Shown piece after piece: positions 26,807 through 38,819 of a stretch of 64,000 bases of DNA; position 1 is the first letter of the stretch; every line of letters begins with the position of its first letter. Below the pieces are notes generated by a model, which saw only the letters and a list, made by a program, of their open reading frames with translations, did no database searches and had not been told where the DNA came from. The DNA lies in NCBI GenBank assembly GCA_963675595.2, contig CAXXLZ010000001.1, forward strand, positions 1,344,001 through 1,408,000. The letters run 5' to 3'. This DNA comes from Thermodesulfobacteriota bacterium (GTDB lineage Bacteria; Desulfobacterota; Desulfarculia; JACQYL01). The translations under genes and the position numbers were made by a program.

Positions 26807-29800
26807 ATGTTCCGAGAACGGATAGAGCCACATTTCGATGAGATCATCCGAGCGATCAGGGAGAACAAACAGGCTCCCATCGTCACAGGTCTTTCTTTGT
26901 CCGCTCGGGCGCACCTATTGGCAAGAACGGTCCGAACTCTCCGGAAGTCCCTTCTCGTCGTGGCATCCACGAGAGAGCAGGCGGATCGGCTGGCTTCCGA
27001 CATCCGTTTTTTTCTCACCTCGTCTCCCGGCCACTCAACAATGGGCCGAGGGATTCTCTCTTTTCCGGCATACGAAGTTTATCCTTTTCACGATATATCA
27101 CCCCCGGTGGAAGTCTCGGCTAGAAGGATCGAGGCTCTCTACAGCCTGTTGGCAGGCGACGCACCCGCCGTCGTAGTGGCGACCCCCGCCGGCATCATGC
27201 AGAGGACCCTGCCCCGGGAAGTCCTGAATAGGCACGTGGAATATCTTGTGTCGGGAGAGGAAGTGGACCGGGACGTCCTCATCAAACGTCTCGTGGAGGG
27301 AGGATATTACAGGTCCCAACTCGTAGAGCAACGTGGCGACTTCTCCGTGCGTGGAGGGATACTGGACATTTATCCCCCCTTGGCCGAAAATCCCATTCGA
27401 ATCGAGTTCTTCGGCGATTTCATTGATTCCATCCGTTTTTTCAATGTGCTGAATCAAAGATCCTTCGAGTCCATCGACGAATGGATTGTGTTGCCCGTCA
27501 GCGAGATAGTCTTGCAGACCGAGCACCTGCAGCGTGCCGCCAAGCGGCTCACTCCCCATGTGTCGCCTGAAAAGGCCATTCATTTCAGGGAGCTGATGAG
27601 CACCGGCGTCCTTTTCCCCGGTGCCGAAGCCGTGCTTCCCATCTTCTACGACGAGACCGAGAACCTGCTCGACTACCTCCCCGACGGGTGCCCCGTATTT
27701 CTGTTGGAGCCCGAGAAGGTGAGAGACGAAGGCCGACACACCTTTGAGGAGTTCACGGAAGCGTGCGGCGACCTGGAAGACATTTTCCCTTTGGTCCAGT
27801 GGGAAGAGCTCGCCCCCCGAATCGAAGAACGGCCTCATGCCCTGCTGTCCGATCTAGTGTTCGGTCACGCCGACGAAAATGCACCCGTTATCCGTCCCCG
27901 GCATGAGGAGAACCTGGATATCCGCTCCATCGCCAAATCGGGCTCGCAGCAGTGGGAACAACGCCGAGAACTCGTCGCCCGAGTTGAAGAATGGCTCGAA
28001 ATGGGGATGGACATCGTCTGGGCATGCTCTTCGTCCCGAAGAGCCGCCCAGCTCCAAGAGTTTTTCGCAAACTCCGAAATCCCGGTGCAAAGGGAGAAAC
28101 CGCCCTTCGAGCCCGCGGCCTCCCCCGGAACGGTTCGCATTTACGAAGGGACTCTTTCCGGCGGCTTCAAATTGTGGTCGGAACATCTCATCATCATCAC
28201 CGACGAAGAATTTCTCGGTACCCGGCAGACGGTAAAACCCAGCAGACGCAAGTCCAAAATCGAAGCATACGTCAGCTCTTTCGAAGACCTGAATCCCGGC
28301 GATTTGGTGGTGCACACGGACCACGGTATCGGCCGCTATCGCGGCCTCGTCCAGATGGATGTGGGACCTTCGCTGGGCGAATTCCTATTTATCGAGTACG
28401 AAGGGAACGACCGACTTTACATACCGATCTATCGACTTAAGGCCATTCAGAAATACGCGGGCGTCGACGGAAAGGATCCCAAGCTCGACCGGCTTGGAGG
28501 AAAGAGCTGGGCGAGGATCAAAACACGGGTCAAGCAGTCCGTGGAGAAGATCGCTGCGGAACTGGTCCAAGTTTACGCCGCGAGAAGTGTGCGGAAAGGC
28601 CATCGGTTCTCAAGAGAAAGCCTCGAAATGGCCGATTTCGAAGAGACTTTCGAATTCGAGGAAACACCGGACCAAGCCAAGGCCATACGAGAGGTGTTCG
28701 CGGATATGGAAGGTGAGGGTCCCATGGATCGCCTGGTCTGCGGCGACGTGGGGTACGGTAAAACCGAAGTGGCGTTACGAGCCTCCTACAAGGCCATTCT
28801 GGATGGGAAGCAGGTCTGCTATCTGGTTCCAACGACGGTACTTGCCGAACAGCACCTCAAGAGCTTTAAGGAACGATTCGCACCGTATCCGGTGCGGGTG
28901 GAGTCTCTAAGCAGGTTCAAGTCATCGGGTGAGCAGCGGAAGGTCATCGAAGGCCTTGCAAGAGGAACCGTGGACATTGTCATAGGAACTCACCGACTTC
29001 TGCAGAAGGACGTACTCTTCCGGGACCTGGGACTCCTGATTATCGACGAAGAACATCGTTTTGGAGTCACCCACAAGGAGAAGATCAAGCAGCTCAAGAA
29101 ATTGGTCGATGTTTTGACCCTGACCGCCACGCCGATTCCGAGAACTCTCCAGATGTCCTTGATGGGCATCCGAGACCTGACCACCATCGAGACTCCCCCG
29201 AAAGAGCGCCTTTCGATCAAGACTTATCTGGCCAAATACGACGACGAAGTCGTCAAGGACGCGATCAGCCGTGAGTTGCGTCGCGGAGGACAAGTCTTCT
29301 TCGTGCACAATCAGGTGAAAACCATCGAGAACATGGCCGACCACATCAGGAGCCTCACACCCCAGGCCCGAGTTGGGGTCGGACACGGACAACTGAAGGA
29401 AGCGGAATTAGAGAAAGCGATGATGGCCTTCATCAATCGTGAGATCGACGTACTGGTCTGCAGCACGATAATCGAATCCGGGTTGGATATCCCGGCGGCC
29501 AACACGATCATCATCAATCGAGCCGACCGCTTCGGCCTCGCCCAAATCTACCAGCTCCGCGGCCGAACCGGACGAAGCAAAGAGCAGGCCTATGCTTATT
29601 TGTTGGTTCCAAGCGAAACCGCCATGAGCAAAGAAGCGCAGAAGAGGCTGAAAGTACTGATGGATTTCACGGAACTCGGCTCCGGTTTCAAAATCGCTTT
29701 TCACGATCTTCAAATCCGAGGTGGAGGCGAAATATTGGGTGCCTCTCAGTCCGGACACATAGCGGCCGTCGGATACGAGATGTATCTCGAGTTGATGGAA

Positions 29801-30274
29801 AAAGCCGTTTCAGAGCTGAAGGGGAGCTCCACTCCGGATGATATCGACCCGGAGATCAACATCCCCTTCCCCTCATTCTTTCCGGAAAGCTATGTGGAAG
29901 CCGTCAGCGAGCGTTTGTCACTTTACAAACGGCTTTCGTCCATTGTGAGTTCCGAGGAACTGGAGGACTTGTGTGCCGAACTCAAGGATCGATTCGGCCC
30001 TATCCCTGCTGAGGCTGAAAACCTGATCCGGACCATCGAAGCCCGGAACCTGATGAAGAAGGGCCGCATACGGAGGCTGGACTTCAGCGGAGGCGAACTC
30101 GCCTACTCGTTTGATCCCGAGGATGGGGTTAATGTGGACAAGCTCCTGGAATTTGCGCGTAGGCATCCTAAACGCACAAGAATTCTGCCGGAAGGAAGAG
30201 TATTTTACAAAGTATTCGGGGAGCGGGAAAGCGTGTTTGAAGAAATTAGAAAGACCTTGCAAGAGATGACGTGA
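26807..30274 (+). CDS. mfd: Transcription-repair coupling factor
   Basis: VVHTDHGIGRY, DRLVCGDVGYGKTE, IDEEHRFG, QLRGRTGR. Confidence 0.97.
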   Translation: MFRERIEPHFDEIIRAIRENKQAPIVTGLSLSARAHLLARTVRTLRKSLLVVASTREQADRLASDIRFFLTSSPGHSTMGRGILSFPAYEVYPFHDISPPVEVSARRIEALYSLLAGDAPAVVVATPAGIMQRTLPREVLNRHVEYLVSGEEVDRDVLIKRLVEGGYYRSQLVEQRGDFSVRGGILDIYPPLAENPIRIEFFGDFIDSIRFFNVLNQRSFESIDEWIVLPVSEIVLQTEHLQRAAKRLTPHVSPEKAIHFRELMSTGVLFPGAEAVLPIFYDETENLLDYLPDGCPVFLLEPEKVRDEGRHTFEEFTEACGDLEDIFPLVQWEELAPRIEERPHALLSDLVFGHADENAPVIRPRHEENLDIRSIAKSGSQQWEQRRELVARVEEWLEMGMDIVWACSSSRRAAQLQEFFANSEIPVQREKPPFEPAASPGTVRIYEGTLSGGFKLWSEHLIIITDEEFLGTRQTVKPSRRKSKIEAYVSSFEDLNPGDLVVHTDHGIGRYRGLVQMDVGPSLGEFLFIEYEGNDRLYIPIYRLKAIQKYAGVDGKDPKLDRLGGKSWARIKTRVKQSVEKIAAELVQVYAARSVRKGHRFSRESLEMADFEETFEFEETPDQAKAIREVFADMEGEGPMDRLVCGDVGYGKTEVALRASYKAILDGKQVCYLVPTTVLAEQHLKSFKERFAPYPVRVESLSRFKSSGEQRKVIEGLARGTVDIVIGTHRLLQKDVLFRDLGLLIIDEEHRFGVTHKEKIKQLKKLVDVLTLTATPIPRTLQMSLMGIRDLTTIETPPKERLSIKTYLAKYDDEVVKDAISRELRRGGQVFFVHNQVKTIENMADHIRSLTPQARVGVGHGQLKEAELEKAMMAFINREIDVLVCSTIIESGLDIPAANTIIINRADRFGLAQIYQLRGRTGRSKEQAYAYLLVPSETAMSKEAQKRLKVLMDFTELGSGFKIAFHDLQIRGGGEILGASQSGHIAAVGYEMYLELMEKAVSELKGSSTPDDIDPEINIPFPSFFPESYVEAVSERLSLYKRLSSIVSSEELEDLCAELKDRFGPIPAEAENLIRTIEARNLMKKGRIRRLDFSGGELAYSFDPEDGVNVDKLLEFARRHPKRTRILPEGRVFYKVFGERESVFEEIRKTLQEMT

Positions 30275-30328
30275 AGTGTTAGTTTTCGTTTGATAAATAG
30301 TGAAAAAAAGCAAGAATAAGGTAGGCTT

Positions 30329-31309
30329 ATGAAGAATCTGATCGTCTTTTTGTGCTTGTTGCTCGCAACCGCCGCATCCGTTTCCAGCACCTCCGCGGCG
30401 GAGCTGGTCAATCGTATCGTCGCCGTCGTGGGCACCGATGTGATCACGCTTGCGGAGCTCGAAGAAGCCACACGAGCTGAGAAACAGAAGATCATGCAGA
30501 ACTATCAGGGGAGAGCCCAAAGGGAAGAGCTGTTCAAGATGCAGAAAGAGTACTTGGACAGAATGATTACGGATCGACTGATTCAGAAGGAAATCGATCG
30601 ACAAGGCCTCTCCGTGTCGGATGAGCAGATCGACCAACGCATCGAAGAGTGGAGCAAACAGAACGGCTTGGGGCCGGAGGACATGAAGGCATATTTGGAT
30701 CGACAGGGCTTCACCCTCGAGAAGTATCGGGAAATGCTCAAATCGTCCCTGACGGTCCAGTTACTGTTGGCCCGAATGGAAAAGCAAATCGTGGTTCCGG
30801 AGGAAAAAGTCAGAGCGTATTTTGATGAGCACAAGGATGAATTTGAGCGCAAAGATCGTGTCCACCTAAAAACCATTCTGCTGCGAGCCGATCCCGGGGT
30901 GGAGACGGAAACCCCGGACGAACGGAGAAGCAAAGCGGAGAATATACGAGCCAAGATCGAACACGGAGCCTCATTCGAGACCATGGCCGTTCAATTCTCG
31001 GAAGGTCCCAACGCCATGGCCGGGGGTGATGCGTCATGGATAGATTGGAGCGCCCTGGACAAGGAACTGCAACAAGTACTCGATAAGATGGAACCCGGCG
31101 ATGTGAGCTCCGTGATGCAATTCGAGCGCGGCGGTGAAAAATGGTACCAGATCGTGAAGCTGGTCGAGAGAGAAACTCCAGGCGAGTCCTCGTTTGAGGA
31201 TGCCAAACCGAAAATCGTCGAGATCCTGAGCCTGCAAAGACGCGAAACAAGAAAGGAAGAGTGGCTGAAGGAGCTCAGGGAATCGTATTTCGTCAAGGTC
31301 AAGCTGTGA
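30329..31309 (+). CDS. SurA-like periplasmic chaperone/parvulin PPIase
   Basis: Signal peptide; NRIVAVV...IT; FETMAVQFSEGP...GGD rotamase motif; follows mfd. Confidence 0.88.
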   Translation: MKNLIVFLCLLLATAASVSSTSAAELVNRIVAVVGTDVITLAELEEATRAEKQKIMQNYQGRAQREELFKMQKEYLDRMITDRLIQKEIDRQGLSVSDEQIDQRIEEWSKQNGLGPEDMKAYLDRQGFTLEKYREMLKSSLTVQLLLARMEKQIVVPEEKVRAYFDEHKDEFERKDRVHLKTILLRADPGVETETPDERRSKAENIRAKIEHGASFETMAVQFSEGPNAMAGGDASWIDWSALDKELQQVLDKMEPGDVSSVMQFERGGEKWYQIVKLVERETPGESSFEDAKPKIVEILSLQRRETRKEEWLKELRESYFVKVKL

Positions 31310-31555
31310 ACGCTCTCCTTCCGAACCAGCCGGTCGACGGCCGCATTTTCTGACCTTGCCGCCGACCGGCGAACGCAGACATCCCCTGCTTCTTTTTCAG
31401 ACAAGAGACTCCCTATCCCCACTTACGCTCTCTGGAAGACAAGGAAGAACCTCCCGTTCCTCGATTATTTTCTGGAAATGGGATGCCTTTTCGAAGTAGA
31501 CAGGATGGCCTGAACCGAATCGTTCGGAGGACTCCGGACGGCAAGATGGAGAACA

Positions 31556-32317
31556 ATGCTGCCGAGAGAATCCGTCGGGATCATTCTCCAACGAAGAATA
31601 TTTCGCGAAACGGACCTGATCGTAACGTTTTACGGCGAGCTCGAAGGAAGACTCAGCGGTTTGGCTTTCGGCGCCTTGAGAAGCAGAGTCCGATTTCAGA
31701 ATTGTCTTGACCTGTTCAGCAAATCTCTGGTGCGTTATACCGTTCGTCCGGGACGAGAATTGGTTCGTCTTGAGAGCTGCGACCTGATTGACGCACACTT
31801 GGGGCTTCGAAACGAGGAACGGACCCTCGCATACGCCGCCTATTTGGGAGACTTGGTTTTGCACCTCTCGGCAACGGAAGATGCGTCGCCCGGGGTATTT
31901 GAACTGCTGGACAAGGCCCTCGGCTGGCTTGAAGGAGGAATGCGGGGGGACCAGGTAGCCCGAATTTTTGAAATAAGGCTTCTGACCCTCCTCGGTTACC
32001 GATTGGAGCTGAAAAATTGTGTTCGCTGCGGCAGGGCTCCTGCTCCTTCGGATCCCATGTTCTTCACAGTTTCCGGAGGCGGCGTTGTGTGCCCCGATTG
32101 TGTCGTGAGAGATCGACGGACATTGTCGCGGGGCACCCTGAGAGTCCTGATCCATGCTCAGGAACATCCCCTTCAATCCATGGGACAACTGCGGTTTTCT
32201 TCGCGTAATCGAGGGGAAAGCAAGGGGCTTTTGAGGGCTTTTCTGGTGCGGCTGCTGGAAAGGCAGCTCCGAACCATGACTTATCTCGATCGACTGGAAA
32301 AAGAGAGGACCCCATGA
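31556..32317 (+). CDS. recO: DNA repair protein RecO
   Basis: [27 protein letters not shown]...CPDC zinc finger. Confidence 0.93.
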   Translation: MLPRESVGIILQRRIFRETDLIVTFYGELEGRLSGLAFGALRSRVRFQNCLDLFSKSLVRYTVRPGRELVRLESCDLIDAHLGLRNEERTLAYAAYLGDLVLHLSATEDASPGVFELLDKALGWLEGGMRGDQVARIFEIRLLTLLGYRLELKNCVRCGRAPAPSDPMFFTVSGGGVVCPDCVVRDRRTLSRGTLRVLIHAQEHPLQSMGQLRFSSRNRGESKGLLRAFLVRLLERQLRTMTYLDRLEKERTP

Positions 32318-33198
32318 ACTTTCAAGATGTAATCCTTTCCCTTGAGAAGTATTGGGCGAATTACGGATGCCTGATCGTTCAACCTTATGACCTTGAAGTG
32401 GGCGCAGGCACCTTCAACCCCGCCACGACTCTGCGGGTTCTCGGTCCGGAACCTTGGAACGTCGCATACGTTGAGCCTTCACGCCGCCCGACCGATGGGC
32501 GTTACGGGGAAAACCCCAACCGACTTCAACACTACTACCAGTATCAGGTTATTTTAAAACCTTCGCCGCTCGATGTTCAGGAGCTCTATTTGGACAGCCT
32601 GCGTGCCTTGGGCATCGATCCTTTGGACCATGACATCCGTTTCGTGGAAGACGACTGGGAATCACCCACGGTGGGAGCCTGGGGCCTCGGCTGGGAGGTC
32701 TGGCTCGATGGTATGGAGATCACCCAATTCACCTATTTTCAACAGGTCGGCGGTGTGGAACTGCACCCCATTCCTGTGGAACTCACCTACGGCATCGAAC
32801 GCATTTCCATGTACCTGCAACAGGTGGACAACGTTTACGACCTGAAGTGGAACGACCAGGTGACGTACGGCCAAGTGCATCATCAAGGAGAGGTCGAGCA
32901 TTCGACTTACAATTTCGAGAAAGCCAACGTGGAGATGCTTTTCACTCTCTTCGATCTTTATGAGGCCGAGAGTCGAAGCATGCTCGACAAGAACCTGATC
33001 CTACCCGCCTACGACTATTGCCTGAAATGTTCACATACCTTTAATCTGTTGGAGGCCCGAGGCGCCATCAGCGTTACGGAACGCACCGGCTATATCGCCC
33101 GGGTGCGCGAGTTGGCGAAAGGTTGCTGTACCGCCTTTGTGGCGCAGCGCGAGGAGATGGGACATCCTTTGCTGAAGAAAGGAGGGAGCGACTCGTGA
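32314..33198 (+). CDS. glyQ: Glycine-tRNA ligase alpha subunit
   Basis: [37 protein letters not shown]. Confidence 0.98.
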   Translation: MNFQDVILSLEKYWANYGCLIVQPYDLEVGAGTFNPATTLRVLGPEPWNVAYVEPSRRPTDGRYGENPNRLQHYYQYQVILKPSPLDVQELYLDSLRALGIDPLDHDIRFVEDDWESPTVGAWGLGWEVWLDGMEITQFTYFQQVGGVELHPIPVELTYGIERISMYLQQVDNVYDLKWNDQVTYGQVHHQGEVEHSTYNFEKANVEMLFTLFDLYEAESRSMLDKNLILPAYDYCLKCSHTFNLLEARGAISVTERTGYIARVRELAKGCCTAFVAQREEMGHPLLKKGGSDS

Positions 33199-35264
33199 CC
33201 GGAGAATTCCTGCTGGAGATCGGCACCGAAGAAATTCCCGCACGCTTTCTACCCCCGACCATGGAACAGATGAAAGCTTCCATGGCCAAAAAACTGGGTG
33301 ACGAGCGCCTCACGTTCGACCGAATAGACGCTATGTCCACCCCACGGCGTCTTACCCTGATCGTCTCGGGAATGTCCTTGAAGCAGGAGGATCAGGACCA
33401 ACAAGTCGTGGGACCTCCTGAGAAGTCGGCTTACGACGCCCAAGGAAATCCGACGAAAGCCGCGGAAGGCTTCGCACGCGCCCACGGCGTCAACGTGAGC
33501 GAGCTTGCGGTGGTGGAGACGGGCAAAGGAAAATTCGTGGGAATCCGACGTCATATTCCGGGTCGCCCCACATCGGAACTACTGGCCGACTTGCTTCCCT
33601 CGTGGGTTGCAGGGCTCGCTTTTCCCAAGTCCATGCGGTGGGGCTCGAACCCCACTCCCTTCGCCCGCCCGGTGCACTGGTTGCTTTGCCTTCTTGACGG
33701 ACGAGTCGTTCCTTTCGCCCTGAACGGGATCGGGTCCGGGGACCTGACCTACGGTCATCGTTTCATGGCTCCGCAGGCCATCCAGGTGCGGGATGCCTCC
33801 GACTACGTCGCGAAACTCGAAGAAGCCCACGTGGTCATCGATCCGGAAGTCCGCAGGGAACGAATGCTTCGATCCGTTGATGAGGCCATCAGAGAATCCG
33901 GAGGACAACTGATCGACGACCCCGATCTGGTCACTGAGAATTGTTTCCTTGTGGAGTCGACCAATGCGGTTTGCGGGACTTTCGCGGACTCTTTTTTGGA
34001 ACTCCCCGATGAAGTCCTCATCACCGCCATGCGTGAGCATCAGAGGTACTTTGCAGTGACCGACGGCAACGGCAAACTGCTGCCCAAATTCGTGGCGATC
34101 AACAACACCTTGGCAAGAGACCCCGCCGTGGTCACTCAGGGACACCAACGGGTTTTGAAGGCCAGACTTGAAGACGCCAAATTTTTCTTCCGGGAAGACC
34201 TGAAGAAGCCTTTGGCCGATCATGCGGAAGCGTTGAAGAGTGTTCTGTTTCAGCAAAAGCTGGGCACCTCCTATCAGAAGATGGAAAGGTTCCGGGAGTT
34301 GGCTTTGTTCATGGCGGACGCAGCGGCTCCTGAAGCCCGAGAGGCGGTCGAACGGACCGCCACGCTGTGCAAGGCGGACTTGGTCACGGAAATGGTTGGA
34401 GAATTTCCCGCACTCCAGGGTGTCATGGGTCGGGCCTACGCAAGACATGCCGGTGAATCCGAAGCGGTGGCGCAGGCGGTCTATGAACACTATCTCCCTC
34501 GATTCGCAGGAGACGCCTTGCCTGAATCCACCGCGGGAGCCCTGGTCGGAATGGCGGACCGGTTGGATACCATCTGCGGATGTTTCGGAATCGGACTCAT
34601 CCCCACCGGAGCAGCCGACCCATACGCACTTCGAAGACACACGCTGGCCATTATCCACATCCTTCTTGAGAAGCGGTACTTGCTGGATTTCGAGTCACTT
34701 GCCGTGAAGAGCCTTCAGATTCTGGGAGATCGTGTGGAGCGTGATCCCGAAGAGGTCCTTAAACAGGTAACGGAGTTCTTCCGGGCGCGATTCCACAATC
34801 TACTCACCGGGAAGGGCCTCCCCTTCGACGTGGTGGATGCGGTGCTCAGCTTGCACCACAATGTTCCCGGGGAAGCCATGGACCGTGTTCAAGCACTGAA
34901 CGCCTGGAAAGAGCGGCCGGAGTTCCAGCTCTTAGCCATTTCCTTTAAGAGAGTGGTCAATATTCTGAAAGATCAGGAAGCCGGCACCGAAGTGGATGAG
35001 TCTCTACTACAGGACCAATCCGAACGGGAGCTTTGGGACGAATACCTACGTGCGGATCGGACCGCGAACCAGCTCATGGCGGAAAAGCGGTACGCGGACA
35101 CGCTGGAAATCATTTTCGGTCTCAGGCGGGCTATTGACGGCTTTTTCGACGCGGTCATGGTCATGGACAAAGACGAGAAGTTGAAGCACAATCGCTTGGC
35201 TTTGCTCAACCGCCTGAGCGGTCTTTTCAAGAACATAGGGGATTTCAGCAAGTTCAGCGTTTAG
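33195..35264 (+). CDS. glyS: Glycine-tRNA ligase beta subunit
   Basis: [29 protein letters not shown]; GTG start overlaps the glyQ stop. Confidence 0.97.
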   Translation: MTGEFLLEIGTEEIPARFLPPTMEQMKASMAKKLGDERLTFDRIDAMSTPRRLTLIVSGMSLKQEDQDQQVVGPPEKSAYDAQGNPTKAAEGFARAHGVNVSELAVVETGKGKFVGIRRHIPGRPTSELLADLLPSWVAGLAFPKSMRWGSNPTPFARPVHWLLCLLDGRVVPFALNGIGSGDLTYGHRFMAPQAIQVRDASDYVAKLEEAHVVIDPEVRRERMLRSVDEAIRESGGQLIDDPDLVTENCFLVESTNAVCGTFADSFLELPDEVLITAMREHQRYFAVTDGNGKLLPKFVAINNTLARDPAVVTQGHQRVLKARLEDAKFFFREDLKKPLADHAEALKSVLFQQKLGTSYQKMERFRELALFMADAAAPEAREAVERTATLCKADLVTEMVGEFPALQGVMGRAYARHAGESEAVAQAVYEHYLPRFAGDALPESTAGALVGMADRLDTICGCFGIGLIPTGAADPYALRRHTLAIIHILLEKRYLLDFESLAVKSLQILGDRVERDPEEVLKQVTEFFRARFHNLLTGKGLPFDVVDAVLSLHHNVPGEAMDRVQALNAWKERPEFQLLAISFKRVVNILKDQEAGTEVDESLLQDQSERELWDEYLRADRTANQLMAEKRYADTLEIIFGLRRAIDGFFDAVMVMDKDEKLKHNRLALLNRLSGLFKNIGDFSKFSV

Positions 35265-35361
35265 ACCGCTGCGGCCCAATATCCTTGGGTAAAAGGTGAA
35301 TGCGCTGGATATACCGTGTTGAAAGCCGATTCCCCCCAGTGTGTACGATTGATCATAAAAA

Positions 35362-35392
35362 TGAGGCCCGCCCCTAAAAGGGACGGGCCTCA
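35362..35392. terminator. Hairpin terminator between convergent glyS and flagellin genes
   Basis: TGAGGCCCGCCCCT-AAA-AGGGACGGGCCTCA, with T-rich runs on both strands. Confidence 0.75.
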
Positions 35393-35416
35393 CGTTGTTT
35401 TGCCGGTTGGTCGAGG

Positions 35417-38278
35417 TTATTTCAACAAGGACAGCAAGGCCTGAGGCAGGTTGTTGGCCTGGGCCAGCATGGCGGTTCCGACCTGTTGCAGAATCTGGTA
35501 CTGGGTCATCTCCGAGATGGCCTTGGCCATATCCAGGTCCCGGATGGTGGATTCCGCGGCCACTTGGTTCTCCTCCTGAACGGCCAGACTGTTCAACGTG
35601 TGGTCCAGCCGATTCATGTAGGCGCCCAGTCTGGCCCGCTCCGCAGAAACCAAGTCGATCGCCTGATCGATCCGATCCATGGCAAGAAAGGCTTGTTCCT
35701 GATCTACAACCAGGGCCTTGTCCACTCCGAGGGCCACCGTATCCATTTGCGCGATATAGGCGTTCATGGTTTGGCCCGGATTGGCGCCGATTTGGAAATC
35801 CGTGGTATTGCTGACCACGTGGAGAAACTCGGTATAATTCCCCTCGGTGCTGTAAAAGTCGATCTCTCTCGTGGCGGGATTCCACGAGGACCCGATGTCC
35901 ACGTTGGGATCCACTTTCAGGTCCACGCCCTGAATCACTCCATGGAGAATGTTGTCACTCACCGTATCCACGCCGATGAGTTCTCCCGTATGGGCGTTGA
36001 AGACCTCGACGGTGAGCGGGTCCACTTCTTCGCTGGGATCCTGTATGGTCGCCAGGCTGAGTGCGTTAAGCACGCCCTCCTCGGCGCTGAAGCTCAGCAC
36101 GCCTCCCGGCCCCTGCTTGGGAGATCGAATCACGATGGTCCCGGGCACGGACTCATCACCGTCGGTTGCGGCGTTGACCACGAGATCGGTCACATGGTTG
36201 ATACCGCTGCTGTCCCGCACCGTCCCCAGCCCAAGCCCCTCATATCCTTGAACCGTCGTGTCCAGACTGATGATTTGTTCGATTTTATCCGCGAGTTCCT
36301 GCAACGTGTCTCCACCGTCCACGTAGAAGGAAGCCTGGTCCCCGCTGAGCGTATACACGTTGATCCATTTGCCGTTTTCGCCTAGGACAAAATTGCCGTT
36401 TGCGTCGTAGAAACGGTCGATCTGCGAGAGATACGTGCCCGGCCCCGCCGCCTCTCCGGAACCCAGGACGGAGATGTTGGTGCTCTTGGTCTCGAAAACT
36501 TCTCCAAGGGTCACATCGATGGAACCGAATTCCACACGTCCTTCCTCGTCCATTCTGGCGAGTGTCAGCGAAGTGGTACTCCCCGCGGGTTGTGTTCCCA
36601 CGTCCACCCACAGACCGTGATTGAAGGTCGCGTAGTCGGCTCCCGCCAGTCCCTCCCTCGAATCCCAGTCGGGATCGGAGTGCTGTAGACGGGACCATTC
36701 GCCGGCCGGTCCTGTAAGACGTACAAGGTTGGCGGAAGAAGAAACCTGGTCCTGCAAACCGATGAGGAATTTATCTCCGACTTCAAAAGTACCGGTGAAG
36801 TCGATTGCGAAACGGTTGGAGGTGGAGCCTTGATCGCGAAGTATGGTGCTTCCGGCGTCATAGTCCACATAGCTGGTCCAGGTGGAGCCCTGATCCCAAG
36901 ACACGCGAAGGTCGACCTCCCCGCTTGTCCCACGCCCCAGCACCTCGACCATCACGTAGGTATTCTCCTCGACGGTCACATTGGAAAGGCCCGTCACTTC
37001 GGCGGTGGAATCGTCGTTCCGGTACGCACCCATGAGAAAACCCTGGTCCGCCGTGGTCAATGCATTCAGGCCGCTGCTCAGATCGCTGTTGGCTACGGAG
37101 ACAATGTCATAATCCCCGGCGGCAAGGCGGGCGGCGTTGGAAACCGACTCTATCACGGTGTTGTCCACCGGGTTCGCATTGTCGCTTCCGAAAGTGGCGC
37201 CCACCCCGGATGCCCCCGTTCCCTGAACGGTCAGCAAATCGAAATCGGTGAACTTCACGGTGCTGTTGAATATGTCGGACGAAGCGCCTCCGGCCGTGCT
37301 CAGGTTCCCTCCGGCCCAGTTGCTGATTTCTCCTCCCCATGCCGCGACCGTGGCCCCCGACGTGTTACCCGCACCGTCCGTGGTCACGATTTGCAGGGTG
37401 TAGTCGTCGCTGGAGTCCGTCGCCTCCTTGGAGCGAAGCACGATATCGCCGCTGGAAAGGAGTTCGGCTTCCACGAATTGGCTGACTGTGGCGTGCGAAT
37501 TGATCGTCCGAACCAGGATCTCCGCGTCCGTGAATCCCCCGGCGTTTTCCCCTGAAAGAGATGTAATGGAAACATCCATATTTTCAGTCGGATCTCCGGT
37601 AAAGTTAAACCGAAAAGTCAGGGTTCCAACCGCGTTGACGTCTCCGTCGACCCCTCCCAGATTGAATCGAAACTGATTGGGAGCCCCATCCTCTCGTTGG
37701 GAGATGGCACCTTCTTTGATCTTGAAAATATCGGTTTTCAGTACATGATTCGCAAGTGGCGAGGCGTCCATGACCAGTTTGTAGTTGCCTTCCGCAACCC
37801 GACCCCTGATGATGGCTTCCGTCGAATTGCCGTCCGTGCTCCACAAGGCCGAAGACGATCCGTCGAGCAGCTTCTTCGTATTGAACTCGGTGGAATACGC
37901 GATTCGGTCGACCTCCTCCTTGAGTTGATCAACCTCCCTTTGCAGTTCCAGTCGATCGCTGCTCGTGAGGACACCGTTGGAGGCCTGAACGGCAAGTTCC
38001 CTCATCCGCTGAAGCACGGCTTGGGTTTCTCCCAGAGATCCTTCAGCCACCTGTAACATGGATTGCGCATCCATGGCATTTTTGCTGGCCCGAGCCAGTC
38101 CCGCGATCTGAGTTCGGAATCGCTCGGAAATGGCCAAACCGGATGGATCATCCCTAGCGGAGTTAATGCGCAGACCGGTGGAAAGCTGTGCCAGCGATCT
38201 TTGAAGATGCTCAGTGCTGGCGTTCAAGGACATTTGCGCTTTATATGCCGCAATGTTGTTAAGTAGGGATAGTCCCAT
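35417..38278 (-). CDS. fliC: Flagellin with a very large variable region (953 aa)
   Basis: LSTGLRINSARDDPSGLAI, LQRMRELAVQA, RARLGAYMNRL, IRDLDMAK...QANNLPQ. Confidence 0.93.
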   Translation of the reverse strand: MGLSLLNNIAAYKAQMSLNASTEHLQRSLAQLSTGLRINSARDDPSGLAISERFRTQIAGLARASKNAMDAQSMLQVAEGSLGETQAVLQRMRELAVQASNGVLTSSDRLELQREVDQLKEEVDRIAYSTEFNTKKLLDGSSSALWSTDGNSTEAIIRGRVAEGNYKLVMDASPLANHVLKTDIFKIKEGAISQREDGAPNQFRFNLGGVDGDVNAVGTLTFRFNFTGDPTENMDVSITSLSGENAGGFTDAEILVRTINSHATVSQFVEAELLSSGDIVLRSKEATDSSDDYTLQIVTTDGAGNTSGATVAAWGGEISNWAGGNLSTAGGASSDIFNSTVKFTDFDLLTVQGTGASGVGATFGSDNANPVDNTVIESVSNAARLAAGDYDIVSVANSDLSSGLNALTTADQGFLMGAYRNDDSTAEVTGLSNVTVEENTYVMVEVLGRGTSGEVDLRVSWDQGSTWTSYVDYDAGSTILRDQGSTSNRFAIDFTGTFEVGDKFLIGLQDQVSSSANLVRLTGPAGEWSRLQHSDPDWDSREGLAGADYATFNHGLWVDVGTQPAGSTTSLTLARMDEEGRVEFGSIDVTLGEVFETKSTNISVLGSGEAAGPGTYLSQIDRFYDANGNFVLGENGKWINVYTLSGDQASFYVDGGDTLQELADKIEQIISLDTTVQGYEGLGLGTVRDSSGINHVTDLVVNAATDGDESVPGTIVIRSPKQGPGGVLSFSAEEGVLNALSLATIQDPSEEVDPLTVEVFNAHTGELIGVDTVSDNILHGVIQGVDLKVDPNVDIGSSWNPATREIDFYSTEGNYTEFLHVVSNTTDFQIGANPGQTMNAYIAQMDTVALGVDKALVVDQEQAFLAMDRIDQAIDLVSAERARLGAYMNRLDHTLNSLAVQEENQVAAESTIRDLDMAKAISEMTQYQILQQVGTAMLAQANNLPQALLSLLK

Positions 38279-38414
38279 GCTTCACCCCTCCCTGATGACC
38301 TCTACTCTCCCTGAGATAACCGGACTCATCGAATCGAGGTTCGATACCGTCTGTTTGGGCTCCGGTAGACAGCACACTGCTTGCCTCGGTGCTCCAATTC
38401 GTGCTTGTCTCAAA

Positions 38415-38431
38415 GGCAAAAAGAATGCCGG
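38415..38431 (-). promoter_or_regulatory. Sigma54 (-24/-12) promoter of the flagellin gene
   Basis: Minus strand CCGGCATTCTTTTTGCC = GG-N10-GC with TTGC. Confidence 0.7.
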
Positions 38432-38481
38432 CCTCTATGGAGTTCCTCGCAGATCGACAAATTAACGCTTCAGGCTATGCA

Positions 38482-38494
38482 TAACTCATTGATA
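38482..38494 (-). promoter_or_regulatory. IHF binding site
   Basis: TATCAATGAGTTA matches WATCAANNNNTTR, about 50 bp upstream of the sigma54 motif in an AT-rich patch. Confidence 0.65.
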
Positions 38495-38819
38495 TTATAA
38501 TATAAGTATCATCACGCGGCTGCCGATGGGACGCAAGGCCCCAAGGGGATTCACTAGGCCGAGCCGGAATATGGACGCAGCATATTTTTCCTAGGCGCTT
38601 GCACTTTTTTCCCGTACCCATCCATGCGTGCCGCCACGGCGGATGGGTTCTGCCGGAAAACGAGACCCTCCCCTCCTCACCCCCATATCTTGTAGTCTTT
38701 CCTGATCACCCATACCGTATCTTGGATTTTTCTTTACACCCTCCCCCCTTTTTGTTATGTTTCAGAGTGATTTTGTCCTGATTACTCGCCCATGGGCTCT
38801 TTAACGAGGAAGCCGACTC

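Noticed and set aside
35900-37850. Flagellinolysin-type protease insert in the giant flagellin
   Set aside because: No HExxH motif in the translated variable region.
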